Shown here in pieces: positions 49,151 through 62,240 of a stretch of DNA of 64,000 nucleotides (positions are counted from its first letter, which is position 1; every line of letters starts with the position of its first letter). The notes under the pieces are model-generated. The model worked only from the letters and a program-made list of their open reading frames with translations, had not been told where the DNA came from and made no database searches. Source of the stretch: Geosiphon pyriformis uo1 (Eukaryota; Fungi; Glomeromycota). The position numbers and the translations under genes are program-made. The stretch spans positions 558,001 through 622,000 of the forward strand of contig JAAOMT010000135.1 in the NCBI GenBank assembly GCA_016748015.1, read 5' to 3'.

Positions 49151-51329
49151 ACGTAATAAAAAATAAATAAATAAATAAATAAAACTGTTTTTTAAGTATG
49201 TTTAATCTATTAAATTATATGTTTTGTATATATTTAGCAAAATCAATTAAAATTTACAATTTTTTTCTAAAATATCTTTTATTATTAAGCCAACAGCAAA
49301 AATCAAAGATTACATATTTATTTTTTTAAAATCAAGAAATTGTTCTCATAAAAAATATTTTCTTATTGCAGACCAAAAATATTTTGTTTGCTAAAATCTT
49401 AAAAAAAAATTTTTAAATAGTTTTAATTAACACAATAGACTTTGTGTTTGTTAAAATTTTATTCCAATTATATGGTTTAAGAATTATTAACATCTAAGCT
49501 TCCTTTCAAAACTAAAAAACAGATTTATTTACCAAATACTTATTTAATAGATTTAACAAAAAACCTAGAATCAAAGAATTATAGTGTTTCCAAAATTTAT
49601 TAAATATTTTAAACAAGTCAAAAATCTTTCTATTTGACAACTTTATTATAATACTTAGTATTTTATTATAGCCAATTTTATTTATGACACTAAAAAAGAC
49701 ATTGTCAAATATATAAAATAAAAACAAATATTGCTAATGCCAAATATTTAAAACATCTTTATTATTTCATGTTTTTTTGTTTATTTTTTTATAATTAAAT
49801 TTATTTAAAACTTAATTTTTTTAGACTTTAATATTAAATTTTTACTATTAATTAAATAATTTAAATCCACTTTATAAAATGAGTGCTCTAAAACACTTCT
49901 AATAATGTGATCTTTATTAATTTTAAAATTCTTTATTTTTTTATTAATTGTTATATAAATTTTTACAATTTAAGTACATTAATATTCAGCAAGCTTAAGT
50001 GTACAATATATTTTTTTAACTTTAGCCAATTCAGTTTTAATTGTATTAAAATTGATATTTAATACCAAAAAATTTTAAATACAATATATACATATGTTAT
50101 TAAACAGCAACCAATAAACAATTAAGTTATTCAACTTATAACTAAAGCCCAAATGTAAAGTTTAAACAATTTTAGATACTAAAATTATTAATTTATAAGA
50201 CTAAGATAAATTTTTAGTATAAATACTATTAAAATTTTTGTTTTAAGTTAAAAAAATAATCTTATTGGCTAAGAAACTAACAATTTTTCTAATATTATCT
50301 TATATAAAATTTAAATTAAAATGTTTTTTTAAGAGCTTAAAATTTTTATCAAATACAGCAATATTTATTAATATAAATTTCTTAAACTGGATTTATTTGG
50401 CCATATTAGTATCTTTAAAGTTATATTTTTATTAGTTTTTGTTAGCTTGTTTGTGAATATTATTTAAATATTTATTTAAAATACTACTTAAACCAACTAA
50501 AATAAAAAAAGCATGATAATTTGTGTTAAAAAAATTATTTACATATAAAACTCTTTTATTAGTAAAAGCATTAGCTAGATTGAGTAACATAAAAATATAA
50601 TTAATTGTTTTTTTAACTTTTTATAGGTTTTTTTAAGTAAAAATTTTAATAAATAAGCTTTTAAACAAAAAATTAATCAAACCAAAATCTACATACTTCT
50701 TGAAATTAATATTGTATTTGATACTATTCTTATTAAAATTACTATTCAAAATAATAAAAATACTCTTATTATATATTTTAACTATAAAAAAGTTGATAAA
50801 AGATGCCAAGTTTAAACATTTTTTAAAAAATATATTTACATAAAGCCTTAATATTAAAACAAACTAATTGTTTTTAAATAGCAAATAAACTATTAAGAAT
50901 TTGTCTAAAATTTTCATAATCTTTGAAACATATCAAACCAAATAATTATTTATAATAATTATAATACCAATATCTATATAATTAATGTTCAAACTGAAAA
51001 TAAAAACTTTAACTTCATTAAATTTGTTTACAATCCAAGATTAAATACTCAAATAAAGTTTAGTTTTTGTAACAATTAAAATATTGTTTTTTAATTCTTT
51101 ATGTCATTTAATAATATTATTGTTTAGCAAAATTATTTATTTTTTTTATATTATATATAGCAATTTTTTAAATAAGACTGGTTATTAAGATATAAAAAAA
51201 TAAAATATATTCTAAATCAAAGCCAAATTGTTAAATTTTATTAACAAATTTATAATTGAATTAGAAAAACTTTTTAATTGTATTTCTAATTTAATTATTA
51301 TTATAGGGAAACTTGATAAAGTATTATAA

Positions 51330-54300
51330 TAATGTTTAATGCTCGGAATTTAAGTAAAAAAACTGTAAAGTTTTTTTTAAATACACAAACAATGTGCTAA
51401 GAATATTAGTTTTTAAAAGTTTTTGTTATATGTAAATTTACTCATAAATTTTTTAGTTATAAAGTACAAAGATGTATTTTGGCAGTTTATAGTATAGATA
51501 TAAGCTATTTTTTTTAAGTTAGTCAAATATAATTACTAGAATCTGGTGTTGTTTTTTTGCTTTTTTGGTAAGTTAACAAAATAAAATTAATATTCAAACT
51601 TAAAAAGAGCTTTTTTTTATTAGATTATTACAAAATTTAGTCTCAGATAATTAATTTTTAATGTTGTCATTCCACAAGAGCAAAGAAAAACCAAGAAAAA
51701 AATAAAATAAAAATTAGTAATATTAATTATTATAATTAAAAACAATTAATCCAAATCATTAAGATTCTAAAACTATTTATATTAATAGCTCTAATTTGAA
51801 ATAAAGATAAAAAAAATAATTAATTTGATTTTAACAACATAAATTCTGGAATTATATACAAGTAAATTGAATAATATTTTATTTAATGATTAATAAAAAA
51901 TATAGAAAAACTTAAATAAAAAAATTTATCAAGTTTAAAGATAAAATATTTAGAAAAATATTGGTTTTTGTTTTCTTTCTGTTTTTTTCTATTTGCTAAA
52001 ACTACTTATTTTTATATATATTCTTTAGTTTTACAAAATTGCTTTTAATTATTTGTTATTTTTATTATTTTACACTATAACTAGTTATCTTATATTATAA
52101 TTAATTATTTTGTATTATATTATATTATTGTGTATTATCTTGTATTATTCTAAATTATTACATATTATTTTGTATTATTTTGTATTATTAAGTTTTTTTT
52201 ATATTATCACATATTAATTACGTTTTTTTAATAATTTTGAATTGGTTTTTCTATTCAGATAATATTATTTCTTTTTTTTAGAATTAAGTTTCTACAAAAT
52301 TCTATGTATTTGTAAATATTGTTTTTTCAAATATTGTTTTTTATAGATTTTTAAACTGTGAATTTGTTATTTGTCTTATGTTATTAATTATAATAATTTT
52401 TAATAAATTGTTTAATAGTATAATAGAACAGTATTTAAATACTAAATATAGTTAGTATGTTGTCTTATAATATAGTATTAAGTTGTTTCTCTTAACAAAT
52501 TTTTCTATTTGTTTGAGAGCTTTTTTGTTGAATATTTGTTTGTTAATATTTAGATATAGTGTTTATAAGTCTAGTTTTTGCCAATTTTAAAGAACCAATA
52601 GATTAATAAAAAGTCTTTTTTTTAAGCTTTAAAGATTTTTGGTGTTCACTTTTCTATATCTAGTTTTATAATTAACTTGTTTAAGATTTCTTTTATTTTT
52701 TAAGCATACAAAGCCACATATTTTTTTTTTAATTATTTATAAAGATAAAAATACTTAGTTTTAGTTGAATTTTTGTTCACTTTTTCTTTGTTTGTATTTT
52801 TGTATTGTATTTTTTTTCTATTAATTGTGATTTTTATTGATATTATAAATTGTTAAATTGTTTTAAATAGTTGTTGTAAAAGTTTTAAAATTTTGTCTAA
52901 GAGATTTATGTTGAGAATATTATTAACTTTTTTTTTGTTTTTTTAATATTTATATATTTATTTTACATAATTTAAATTGTTATATATAAATTGTGTTTGA
53001 TAATAATAATTGGTTTTAAATCTTATAATATATTTTTTGGTCCAATTAATAAAATTTGTGTTCTTAGTTAAAATATAAATAATAACAATTCTTGTATTGT
53101 ATAATAAATTTTTAGATGATTTTTATGTATAGTTTTCTTTAAAAATTTGTCTTTTAATTTTAATTTATAAGCTCTATTGTCTAAAACTTTGTGTATATGA
53201 AATAATTCATCTTATTTTAGATTAAACTTCTCACTTTACTGTTTTTTAGCTTTAATACAATATAACAATACTTGGTTTCCAATTTTGAATTCAACTAATT
53301 AGTTTAATAAACAATTATTATGTTTTTTTTTCTGTTATTTTTGAATATTAGTAATATTATTAGCTGTTGTTTTATAATTGTTTTCTAATATTTTCATAAT
53401 CTGGTATGTTTTTTAGTGTAAAATAATTTTAAAATTTCCTTTAATAATTGTTTTTGTCAGAAAAAAAAGTATTTTTTGTTTAATAAGTAATATAGCTTTT
53501 TTTTTATAGACTAATTTGAATAATATAAATTGGATAGTATTTTGATTTAATATTTAATATGTAAATAATACTGAGAATATAAATAAATCTTATTTTTGCA
53601 TATTTTCATAACTTATTTTTGTTAATGTTTTGTACAATATTTAATTAAATCATTATATTAGTCTATTTGTTTAAAAATAATATAATAATAATAATTATTA
53701 TTTTATTTCAAATTGTTGGTTCAATTTGGCAAGTATATTATTAACAAAATAAGTTTTTTGGTCAGATAATAATTTTTTTAGACATTTATATTGGCAAATT
53801 AGATTTTGATATACAAATTTGGCTATTGTTTTGGTATTTGCCACTTAAATAAATCTAACTTTAAGTTATTTGATAAGATAGTTTACAGTATTACCAGAGG
53901 TTTTTGATTTTTTTTTTGAATATTATTGATATTATTTTGTTATTAATTCACAATTATTAAAAGTAATTAAATCTTTAATAACTGAATTTATTTTTAAATT
54001 ATTTTTTATAATTTGAATTGCTGAATTTATAAGTAAAATAACCAATTTTGTGCCAATTACTATATATAATTACTTTGTAGTAAAAGTTAACTCTTTTTCA
54101 AAAATTGCTTATCTAAAAGCTTACTAAAAATATGTAGTTACTTTACTATAAAAGTCAACTTTTCTACAGAAATTTCATCTGTAAACTACTTTAATAATTA
54201 TAATAAAAAATATATATATATATATATAATATAAAAAAAAAAATTTTGTTAAGAAATTGTTTTCTGTTTAGGTTTAGAGTTATTAACAGATTACTAAAAT

Positions 54301-57300
54301 TGTTAACTAATTAATTTTAAAACTTTAGTAAAGATTTAAAGAATTTTAAGTAAAATAATTATAATTTTTGTTGTTTTTTAATTTTTATTGAAGTAATTGT
54401 ATAGATACTAAAAAAAATATTTTTAATAAAATTAATTTTACCTAAGATATATTTTTTTGAAGAAAAAAGCCTTTTTTTATACAATTTGTTATAATACTAG
54501 TTTATAAACTTGCACTTTTTTTTTGTTTTTATTTTGGCAAACCAAAAATTCATTTTAATAACTTACAAATTGTTTTCACAAACTATAAATTATTTTAGTA
54601 AACTATTAAAATATTTTGCAAATTTCTATAAATTTTAGTGAATTCTTGAATGTTATAAAATTTAGAATATTACATGGTTTGATTATTGCATTTGTGTATT
54701 GTATAAATTAAATTATTAATTAGATAATAATATTTAATAATATAATTAAAATAATAAGTAATAATTGAAACAATAATAATATATACAAATTAATAATAAA
54801 AATTATAAAAATAATTTTATGTTAATTATTGACTAAAATTCTACTAATAATAATAATTATAATGATATAACAATTTTTTTTGAAGATAATAAGAAAAATT
54901 CAACCAAATTAATCCCAATTCTATCAAAAAATTTTCTTTTTTTTTCTTTGGCAAAAGTCATAATTAAGAATATATTCAAAAACATTTTTATATATTATTA
55001 GTCAATAATATAAATTAATTGTTATTTCTAAGATAATATTTTTGTTGAAGTGTTTTATTGTTAGATTAGAATACATATTAAATAAAACAATTTTTTATTT
55101 TTTATTTTTTATAATTTATTATGATATAATATAGTTTTGGCATTCTTAACAATATTATTAGTTATTGTGTAAAAAGTAGTTTTAAGTTTGTTTTTGTATA
55201 GTACTTTGTTTTTGTTGAGATAATTTCTTCTCAAATTAAAGTGTTAATAAATATTAGTATAATTATTAATATGTGGCTGTATTTATTAGTTCAAGATTAA
55301 ATTTGAATCATTTTTAATAAGCTGTTAGCATTGGTGTTTTTAGCTTTTTTTGTATAATATACTTTATATAAAAATTATTACAAATAAGTACTTAATCTTA
55401 TATATTTTTCTTTAAATTGTGGTTTGCTAAATAACTAAATAAGTTCTTTATAATCAATATATAAATTAAATAGTTAGTAAAAATAATATTTTTATTTCTG
55501 TACAGCTTAGTAAATAATAAAATATTTTAAATTAATAGTATTGTATATTTTTTCAGTAGTACTGATATTGTAATTAGCATAAATAATTAAATGTTCTTAA
55601 TTGTTAAATTCAATTTGCAATAGAACAGCTTTTAGTGTATTTTTTAAAATATTTATAGTTATGATAAAATATTTATTAAAGTTTAGATAAATTAGGTGCT
55701 TTTATAGGTTATTGTTTAAGATAATTAAAAATTTTTTGCTAACTGGTTTTTTATATGTATAAAACATGTTTTGACAGTAAGTAATAAAGAAATTTAACAA
55801 TATTTGAAAAGCTTTTGACAAATTAACAATATTATTTAACCAGTCTTAAAAATTTTTTTAGTTCTTAGAAATTAATTAGAGCAAAAAAATTCTTAACTTT
55901 TTGAACTTTGTTAAGATTTTATTTTATTCTATCTTTGCCAATTATATGTTTTAAGAATTTTAGTTTAATTTTTTTAAAGAAATATTTATTAAAATTAAGT
56001 TTTAGTCCTAAATTTTAAAGACAATTGAAGATTTATTAAAAGTGAATCAGATGGTTATTAAAGATTTTACAAAATACATTGGTATTATTTAAGTATATTA
56101 CAATAAATTTTCAAAAAATTCTCTTATACATAATATTTATAAAATATTAAAAGATAACTAGAACATTATAGAGTTTAAAAAGCATTATATTAAATTCAAA
56201 ATTTTTATCTTAGGTAATGAATGCTATTTTTTTTTGTTTAAAAAATTCATCTTAATTTGTCAATATCTACTGGCTAAATCTAAAAATAAGAATTATTTTT
56301 TATTTTTTAAATTATCTAAAATTTTTTAAATAAAAAAAAGTTAGATAATTATTTTCTTAAGTAATATTATTAAGTTTTTAATAATTCATGCAAAAATAAA
56401 TTTTTCTATTTTTTAATAACCAATATAACAAATAAAAATCAAAAGCTTAGCAATTTTTTGATTAATCTATTATTTAATATTTATTGTATTTTTTGTTTAA
56501 TCAAATTGTTATTATTTGAAATTACTTAATAAGCTTATTGTTTAATAGGTCTGGCATTTTTAGTGTTAATCTTATGCTTTATAATATTAGTGTTTGAATT
56601 TGTTTTTGCTGATAAAAATATTAATATATTGGTTTAAAAAAATCTTAAATTGCATTTGCTGTAAAGTACTTAAATTTTTTAAGTTCAGTTTATTAATTTC
56701 TTCTATAGTAAATAGATAATTTTTTTTGGCAAATTCTATATTTGTAAAGTAATATCACAAAATAAAAACAGTTATGTAAAGTCAAAGATAGATTAAAATT
56801 TTTTGGAATTTTAAATGTTTAAAGAAATAGAACTAATAAAAGTTTTTTCAGAAATTTTGATAATATTTTTGATAAAGTTATGAATAGAAATTTTGAAATG
56901 TTTGTAAGCTTTAATAAGTATATACAAATTTGCAATATTGGCTAGAAAACAGATTTTTAGAGCCATATCAAATAATAAAACTTGGTTTTAAACTTTTTAA
57001 TTAATTTTTAAAATGTATTATCAATATAGAAAAATAAAAATAATAGTATTAGTATAGATAAATTCTATCTTATTACTGGTATTTTCCATGAAATTAACTT
57101 GTATATTTTTTCTTTTACTTAATTCAAATCCTTGAATTTTTTAAATAATAAGACTTAATTCTTTTTGTATAATTATTAGAATTAGTTAAAAGATTTTTAT
57201 GAAAGATAAAAAAATAGTTTGTGTAATTTTTTCTTGAAATTTAATTATATAGGGCTTATTAAAATTGTTTTAAAATATTACAATTATATTCTCAATATAT

Positions 57301-57400
57301 TTGGCATTAATTATTTTTTTTTTAACATTAATTTTTTTGTTTATAAAACCAAACTAAAATATAATTTGAACTATAAAATTAATAAAAATTTATAAAGCTA
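51330..57400 (-). mobile_element. Gypsy-4: heavily decayed Ty3/Gypsy relic (probable 3' LTR ~51330-52265, ORF3, INT, RH, RT)
   Basis: Relic motifs FDRIGINLVE, VNYLIK, KKLLSDQK, NLASRY*QI, ORF3-like NIRQITNSQFKNL; TTGTATTAT repeats ~52100-52190 as in LTR U3; boundaries approximate. Confidence 0.7.
53889..54852 (-). repeat. Solo LTR (Gypsy-3-related, same subfamily as 34769-35723) inserted in the Gypsy-4 integrase
   Basis: Starts TATTACCAGAGGTTTTTG (cf. TGTTACTGGAGGTTTTTG); integrase continues on both sides; flanks ACAG/ATAA fit a decayed 4-bp TSD. Confidence 0.85.
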
Positions 57401-57552
57401 ATTTTAGATTTATTTTTTATTTTTTATTTTATTAAGTTTAACGAGTGAAGTCCAATTACTATCTAATACAATACAACTATCTAAAGTTCTAAATTAAACA
57501 TGATTCACGCTTTTGCTACATGTGACTAGCCACTCAGCCAATCAAGGCTACA

Positions 57553-60500
57553 CTACGCAACTATATTTACCATAACTTCACCAGCAACACTAATGAAAAA
57601 CAAACAGCTACTACTCAAGCCAAAGCTGACCACGTGACCCCTACCTACTTCCAGTAAATGAGCAACACCACCTGAAATTCTAACGGGGAGACCCCAGACA
57701 ACATTACATAAAGATCCATCCACACCCAACAATCCACACTGCTTCATTTCCACTCAAAGTTTTGAATTGGGTATCTAAATCCACTCCTTATGGCCAACAA
57801 CCAGACTCCAAACAAACTCGACCAAACTAAACATTGCAAGCTTAGAATCCACAAAGAATGTCTTAGTCTCTGTTAGCCAATTATCCAACACTAAACCCTT
57901 ACACAAAGCTGTATACAGATCACCATTGGAAATAAAAAAAGCCAAAGACTGCAGAACTACAGATGATGACAAAGTAGCTCCAGTAAGAGATCTCCAAAGA
58001 AAGGAGTGCTCACACAAAATGCCCTGATGCATCAAAAAATCTAAGCGACAAATAAAACTATGATTAGAAAATTTCACCTTCCTGCAATGTATACATGATA
58101 CACTAGGATAATTTTGATTATACAAATGCTTCCTAACAGCCACTGGCAGCCTTTTGTGTAAAGTCTTCATTAAATATGTGCGCAAACTGGTAGTGGTTCT
58201 GCTTGTATATCCAGCTGACATGTGAGAATCAGGGTGTCAGACCAATGCAGTACAAAACCAATTTATGTCCCCAATCTGTGAAGAATCCACAACACTCAAA
58301 CCAAGTCCAAATTTCCATTGGAAACGCCTAATAGTATCATTTACTATCCTAATAAAATGGCGTGCCTTGCCAGAAATCACTCTACCATTTGCCAATAAGA
58401 AATTTTCTTTGATGTTTGCTGGGAAAAAAAGTTCTGATGACATGGCTGTATCAGCCAAACAATCAGCATGCTCATTACCTAACACACCAGAGTAACTCTT
58501 TACCTTCGCCTAGATGACAGAAATGTTTTTACATTTGACCAAATTGGCGATATGACGGTGCTCAACCCAGCATCTATTGCAGAAATCTGGAGCCACCAAA
58601 CTCAATTCAGCCTGACAAGCATCCAAGAAGGCCTGGCTGTCAGAGAAAACTATAACATCCGAAAAAGCCGGAACACACTCAAGTGCTAATGCAATAGCCT
58701 GCATTTCAGCTAGGGTAGATGACAACAGACCATGAACCTCCACACCTACATGCAAACTCAGATCAGAAAAATATGCGGCAGCCCCTTTGACAGCATCAGA
58801 GGTACCAAAGTTTTTAACAGAACCATCAGTATAAACCAAAATCACTGGCAAAAAAGCATCTTTCAGACTAGAATAGACAAAACTGAAGTGATCTGTATTC
58901 AAAACATCCAATTTAAGAGGAGACTCAACAGTGGGAAATGCATTTTTAACCAAATTACCATCCTTGACAAAACCTGAAACCAGTGTAAACCACAAGAGAA
59001 CTGGGCCTTTAGAATCCAAATGCTTCCAACGGCGAAAATTTTTCCAATCAAAACATTCCCCATAACTGTTTAGCAATTGGTCTGCAAACATGATTCCAAA
59101 ATACTTCAGTAATCTGCAAACCTGGAGATACATTGTCTGGCCCAAAATATCCAGAACAGAAAAACCTCTCTTGAGATGAAAAGCATTGGGTAAACTATTA
59201 ATTAGGGAAACTTTATTATGTAGAAAAATTTTTGTGACACCAGCCAGAAAATTGTTTATTGGGTTAACTATTAACTTTACAAGAGATCAAAGAGAGTTTC
59301 GAGGAACCCAGCCTAAAACCTGCAAGTCTATTGACCTATGTCTGAACAATCAGCCCAACACTCCACCATCATTAGCAAACTGTAACACTAATGAGACTTT
59401 TGCTTCTGCCTGAACTTGCTCAAAGGGCTTCAAATTGTACAAAGAAGGATGGTACACTGCCTCGTTAGGAAAGTCTCTAGGCAGACTGGCCTTAGACTTC
59501 AACCTCTTTCTAATTACACAGTCCCATTTCTCGCATGTGCTCCTACTGATGAAGCTGAATTGAGTTCTATATTCTACTATGGGCTGTAAAACAGCTGACA
59601 CCAAATAAAAGAACTGTTTGTCTGTGATAGCTTTGCACAAAACCATGGACAAGAAAAACTTGACATCCAAATTCGCCTTCTTTAGACTTGGACCAGAAAG
59701 ACCCTTGGTCGACAGAAAGATACCTAAATACCAATGAGCTTCGCCAGCCTTTGTGATTGAAATTGGAGATCTGCTCACTTCCAAGGAGATATTGCTAGAT
59801 CTTGGATTAATAGGAATGGCAATTGTCTTCTCAGTATTAATTGATATATCTATTAACCCAAAAAATTCACTAGCAATGTTCAAAATATTCTGCATCGCTG
59901 TGAGACAATTGCCAACCCAAATGGTATCATCCATGAAAACACCAGCAGACAAATAGGAAGTCAAATCAGCATTTGATTCAATTCTGCCCATCCTGGCTAC
60001 AAATTTGGAATCAACTTAATATCCAAAAACTGACTCATGTTTCTTTACTTCGCACAAAAGAGGATCATAAAAAATCTTCCACAAAAGAGAAGAAAAAACT
60101 TCACTCTGGTCCAGACTGTCATGTACTTTGTAGCCCTCAGACAGACCAAAGTCTGTTATAACTCTGTTCGTGCGGCCATTGTAAATACTACCAAAAAACC
60201 TGATGAATTTTTCACACATCTTAATTTTCTTCAGACTACCTTTCAAATGTGACCAACCCACTGAGTTGTAAGCTTTGCACATGTTCTGAAGTACCAACCA
60301 AAGTTCTCTACCCTTTTCCAAAGCATCTTCTATAACAGATCCAACAACAAAGATAGGAGACTGAGTGGAAGTGCCTTTCAGCACTGAAAAATTGTCTCCA
60401 CACAGAATGTTGTATATGCTGCAGGCTTTCAAAATGCGATCAGATAGAATTTTTAAAAGAATTTTTCTAGAGGTCTCAATGAGAGCAATTGGTCTGGTGT

Positions 60501-62240
60501 TCGTCAGAACTCCATCCCACTCATAAGATTTCAGAATCATGGATACCCAGGCCTCTCTCCAGGCATCTGGAACAGATTCATACACTAAGCATAAGTTGAG
60601 CAGGCGCAAAAGAAGGACCAGAACAGACTCATCACAGTGTTTCCACATCTCGTTAGAGATACCAAACAAACCAGCAGCTTTGCCATCCGGAAGATTTTTT
60701 ACCACCAACAAAAATTCACCAAAATCAATTTGCTTTATCACATCAAAGGAAGCACCATTATCAACATGATTAAGAGGAGAAAATTGTTCTTGCCATTGGG
60801 AAGGCATTAAAAGTTTAACTGCATGTTTCCTGGTCCAATTCTCCATAATCGAATCCACCCTACTCTTGACCAAATCAGACTTCAATATCAAATCTCCATT
60901 ATCAACCAAATGGTCCAGCGTAACTTTTCTGAAAAGCTTCTCTAACACACTCCTGATCATTTGATCTTTGTTGTCTATAAAAGCTTCCATATGCTTTTTA
61001 ATAGCTGTCTGAATTTGTGAGTCCTCGAAAGCCTTAGATTCCAAAAACTTGCGAGACCTATACAATTTTTTAAAACTTGTTAGTGATTGTTCAACCAATA
61101 CTCTGTTATGACCATCGCCCAAGGAATTCTTGAATATTACAGTCTGGTCAAAGTCCAAATCGACCCACTTATTAACTAAAAACTGAAATCTCACCATATT
61201 GCCTGTTTTGTAAGCATCCAAAATTTTTGCAACCAAAATTTCCAATCTGTGAAACCTAGAAAATATAGCTGTCTTGACCAATCCAACATCTCTGGACTAT
61301 GTTTTCACGAGAGTGGCCTCTGCTGCAGAGCACACATTAGACAAAGAAGTGTCCACATTCTGTTAATATTACTATTAGAGCCATGGAGTTCAAAATTACC
61401 AGCAGCCTTTGAAGCAGCAGCCAATGACGTGTTTCCAAACTTTTTCCAGATCTTACCACTGACATCACTAACTCTGTATTTCCATTTTTCTCTTACGGCC
61501 TGCCTGCATATTGAATTAAGCTGAGAACTGAGAAAGCCCCCCAAACCAATATCCACCAACACGGCCAAGTGGTCAGAATCAAAAAATTTGGCTGGACATG
61601 ATACACACTGGTTAAAAGAAGAACTGCGAAAACCATCACTAACTAATATAAAGTCTATGCACTTATGAACACCCTTTGAATTGGACCACGTGGGAAGCCT
61701 GTGTGAAGAAGAATCATGTAAAGAATCAAACAAACCCAAATCCAGACATTTCTTGAAGCTTGCACTGTGGTCTAAATCATTTTCGTTAAAGTCACCACCA
61801 AGAACAACAAAAGTACTGCCATTTAAAGTCTCAGCCACCATTGAATTGACAACGTGAGAGTGAGCCAGTCTCTTTTCCAAGGTGGCATTTGTATATAAGC
61901 CCAAAACTGTCACTGAAAGTTTATTTTTGAAAAGCAATTTCACAGAGATAAGCCGGCCGGGCATCTCAGAAATCTTGCACACATGCTTTGCCAGAGAAAC
62001 ATCCATAATTATGGCAACTCCTGCACCCAAATAACCAGACTCCAAACCAGAGGTAAACACCCAAACACCATCAAATTTGTTCATAATTCAAGAATGGATC
62101 TTTCCTTTCAACTTTGTTTCAGTAACTACAGAAATCATGTTATCTGCATTTTTGTGCCATCGAACAATATCTTTCTGCTTGGCAGGATTGTTCATGCCCC
62201 TCATATTGCACGTAGTCACTTTTCAAACTAGGTCAATCAT
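57553..62240 (-). pseudogene. LINE-C ORF2 (APE-RT-RNaseH-CCHC), several stops and a frameshift
   Basis: TCNMRGMNNPAKQ, GGDFN, IDFIL, DSDH, RPIALIE, FMDDT, YLGIF, VYTDGS, FSDSQA, GNEHAD, CIHC..HSFIC. Confidence 0.93.

Larger units (their letters stand above)
34467..51300 (-). mobile_element. LINE-D: old decayed LINE in three pieces (34467-34768, 35724-38251, 49185-~51300), host to a solo LTR, LINE-E and Gypsy-3
   Basis: Colinear decayed ORF2 motifs (NNIWLV, MAGMICIL, NKFWKHY, FSV); the frame continues across the insertions (..YLKNS | NLIYIKIYGKF..); ORF1/ORF2 junction relic at ~51160-51190. Confidence 0.75.

Noticed and set aside
49185-57400. Centromere, or organellar/endosymbiont insertion, suggested by extreme AT content
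   Set aside because: Explained by colinear decayed LINE-D, Gypsy-4 and a solo LTR; no organellar or bacterial gene signatures; centromere status cannot be judged from sequence
57490-57540. Hammerhead or pistol ribozyme in the LINE 3' UTR (CTGAGTG..GCTA..TAGC(G)AAA)
   Set aside because: The core deviates from CUGANGA, and stems I/III and a cleavage triplet could not be built; kept only as a structured 3' UTR
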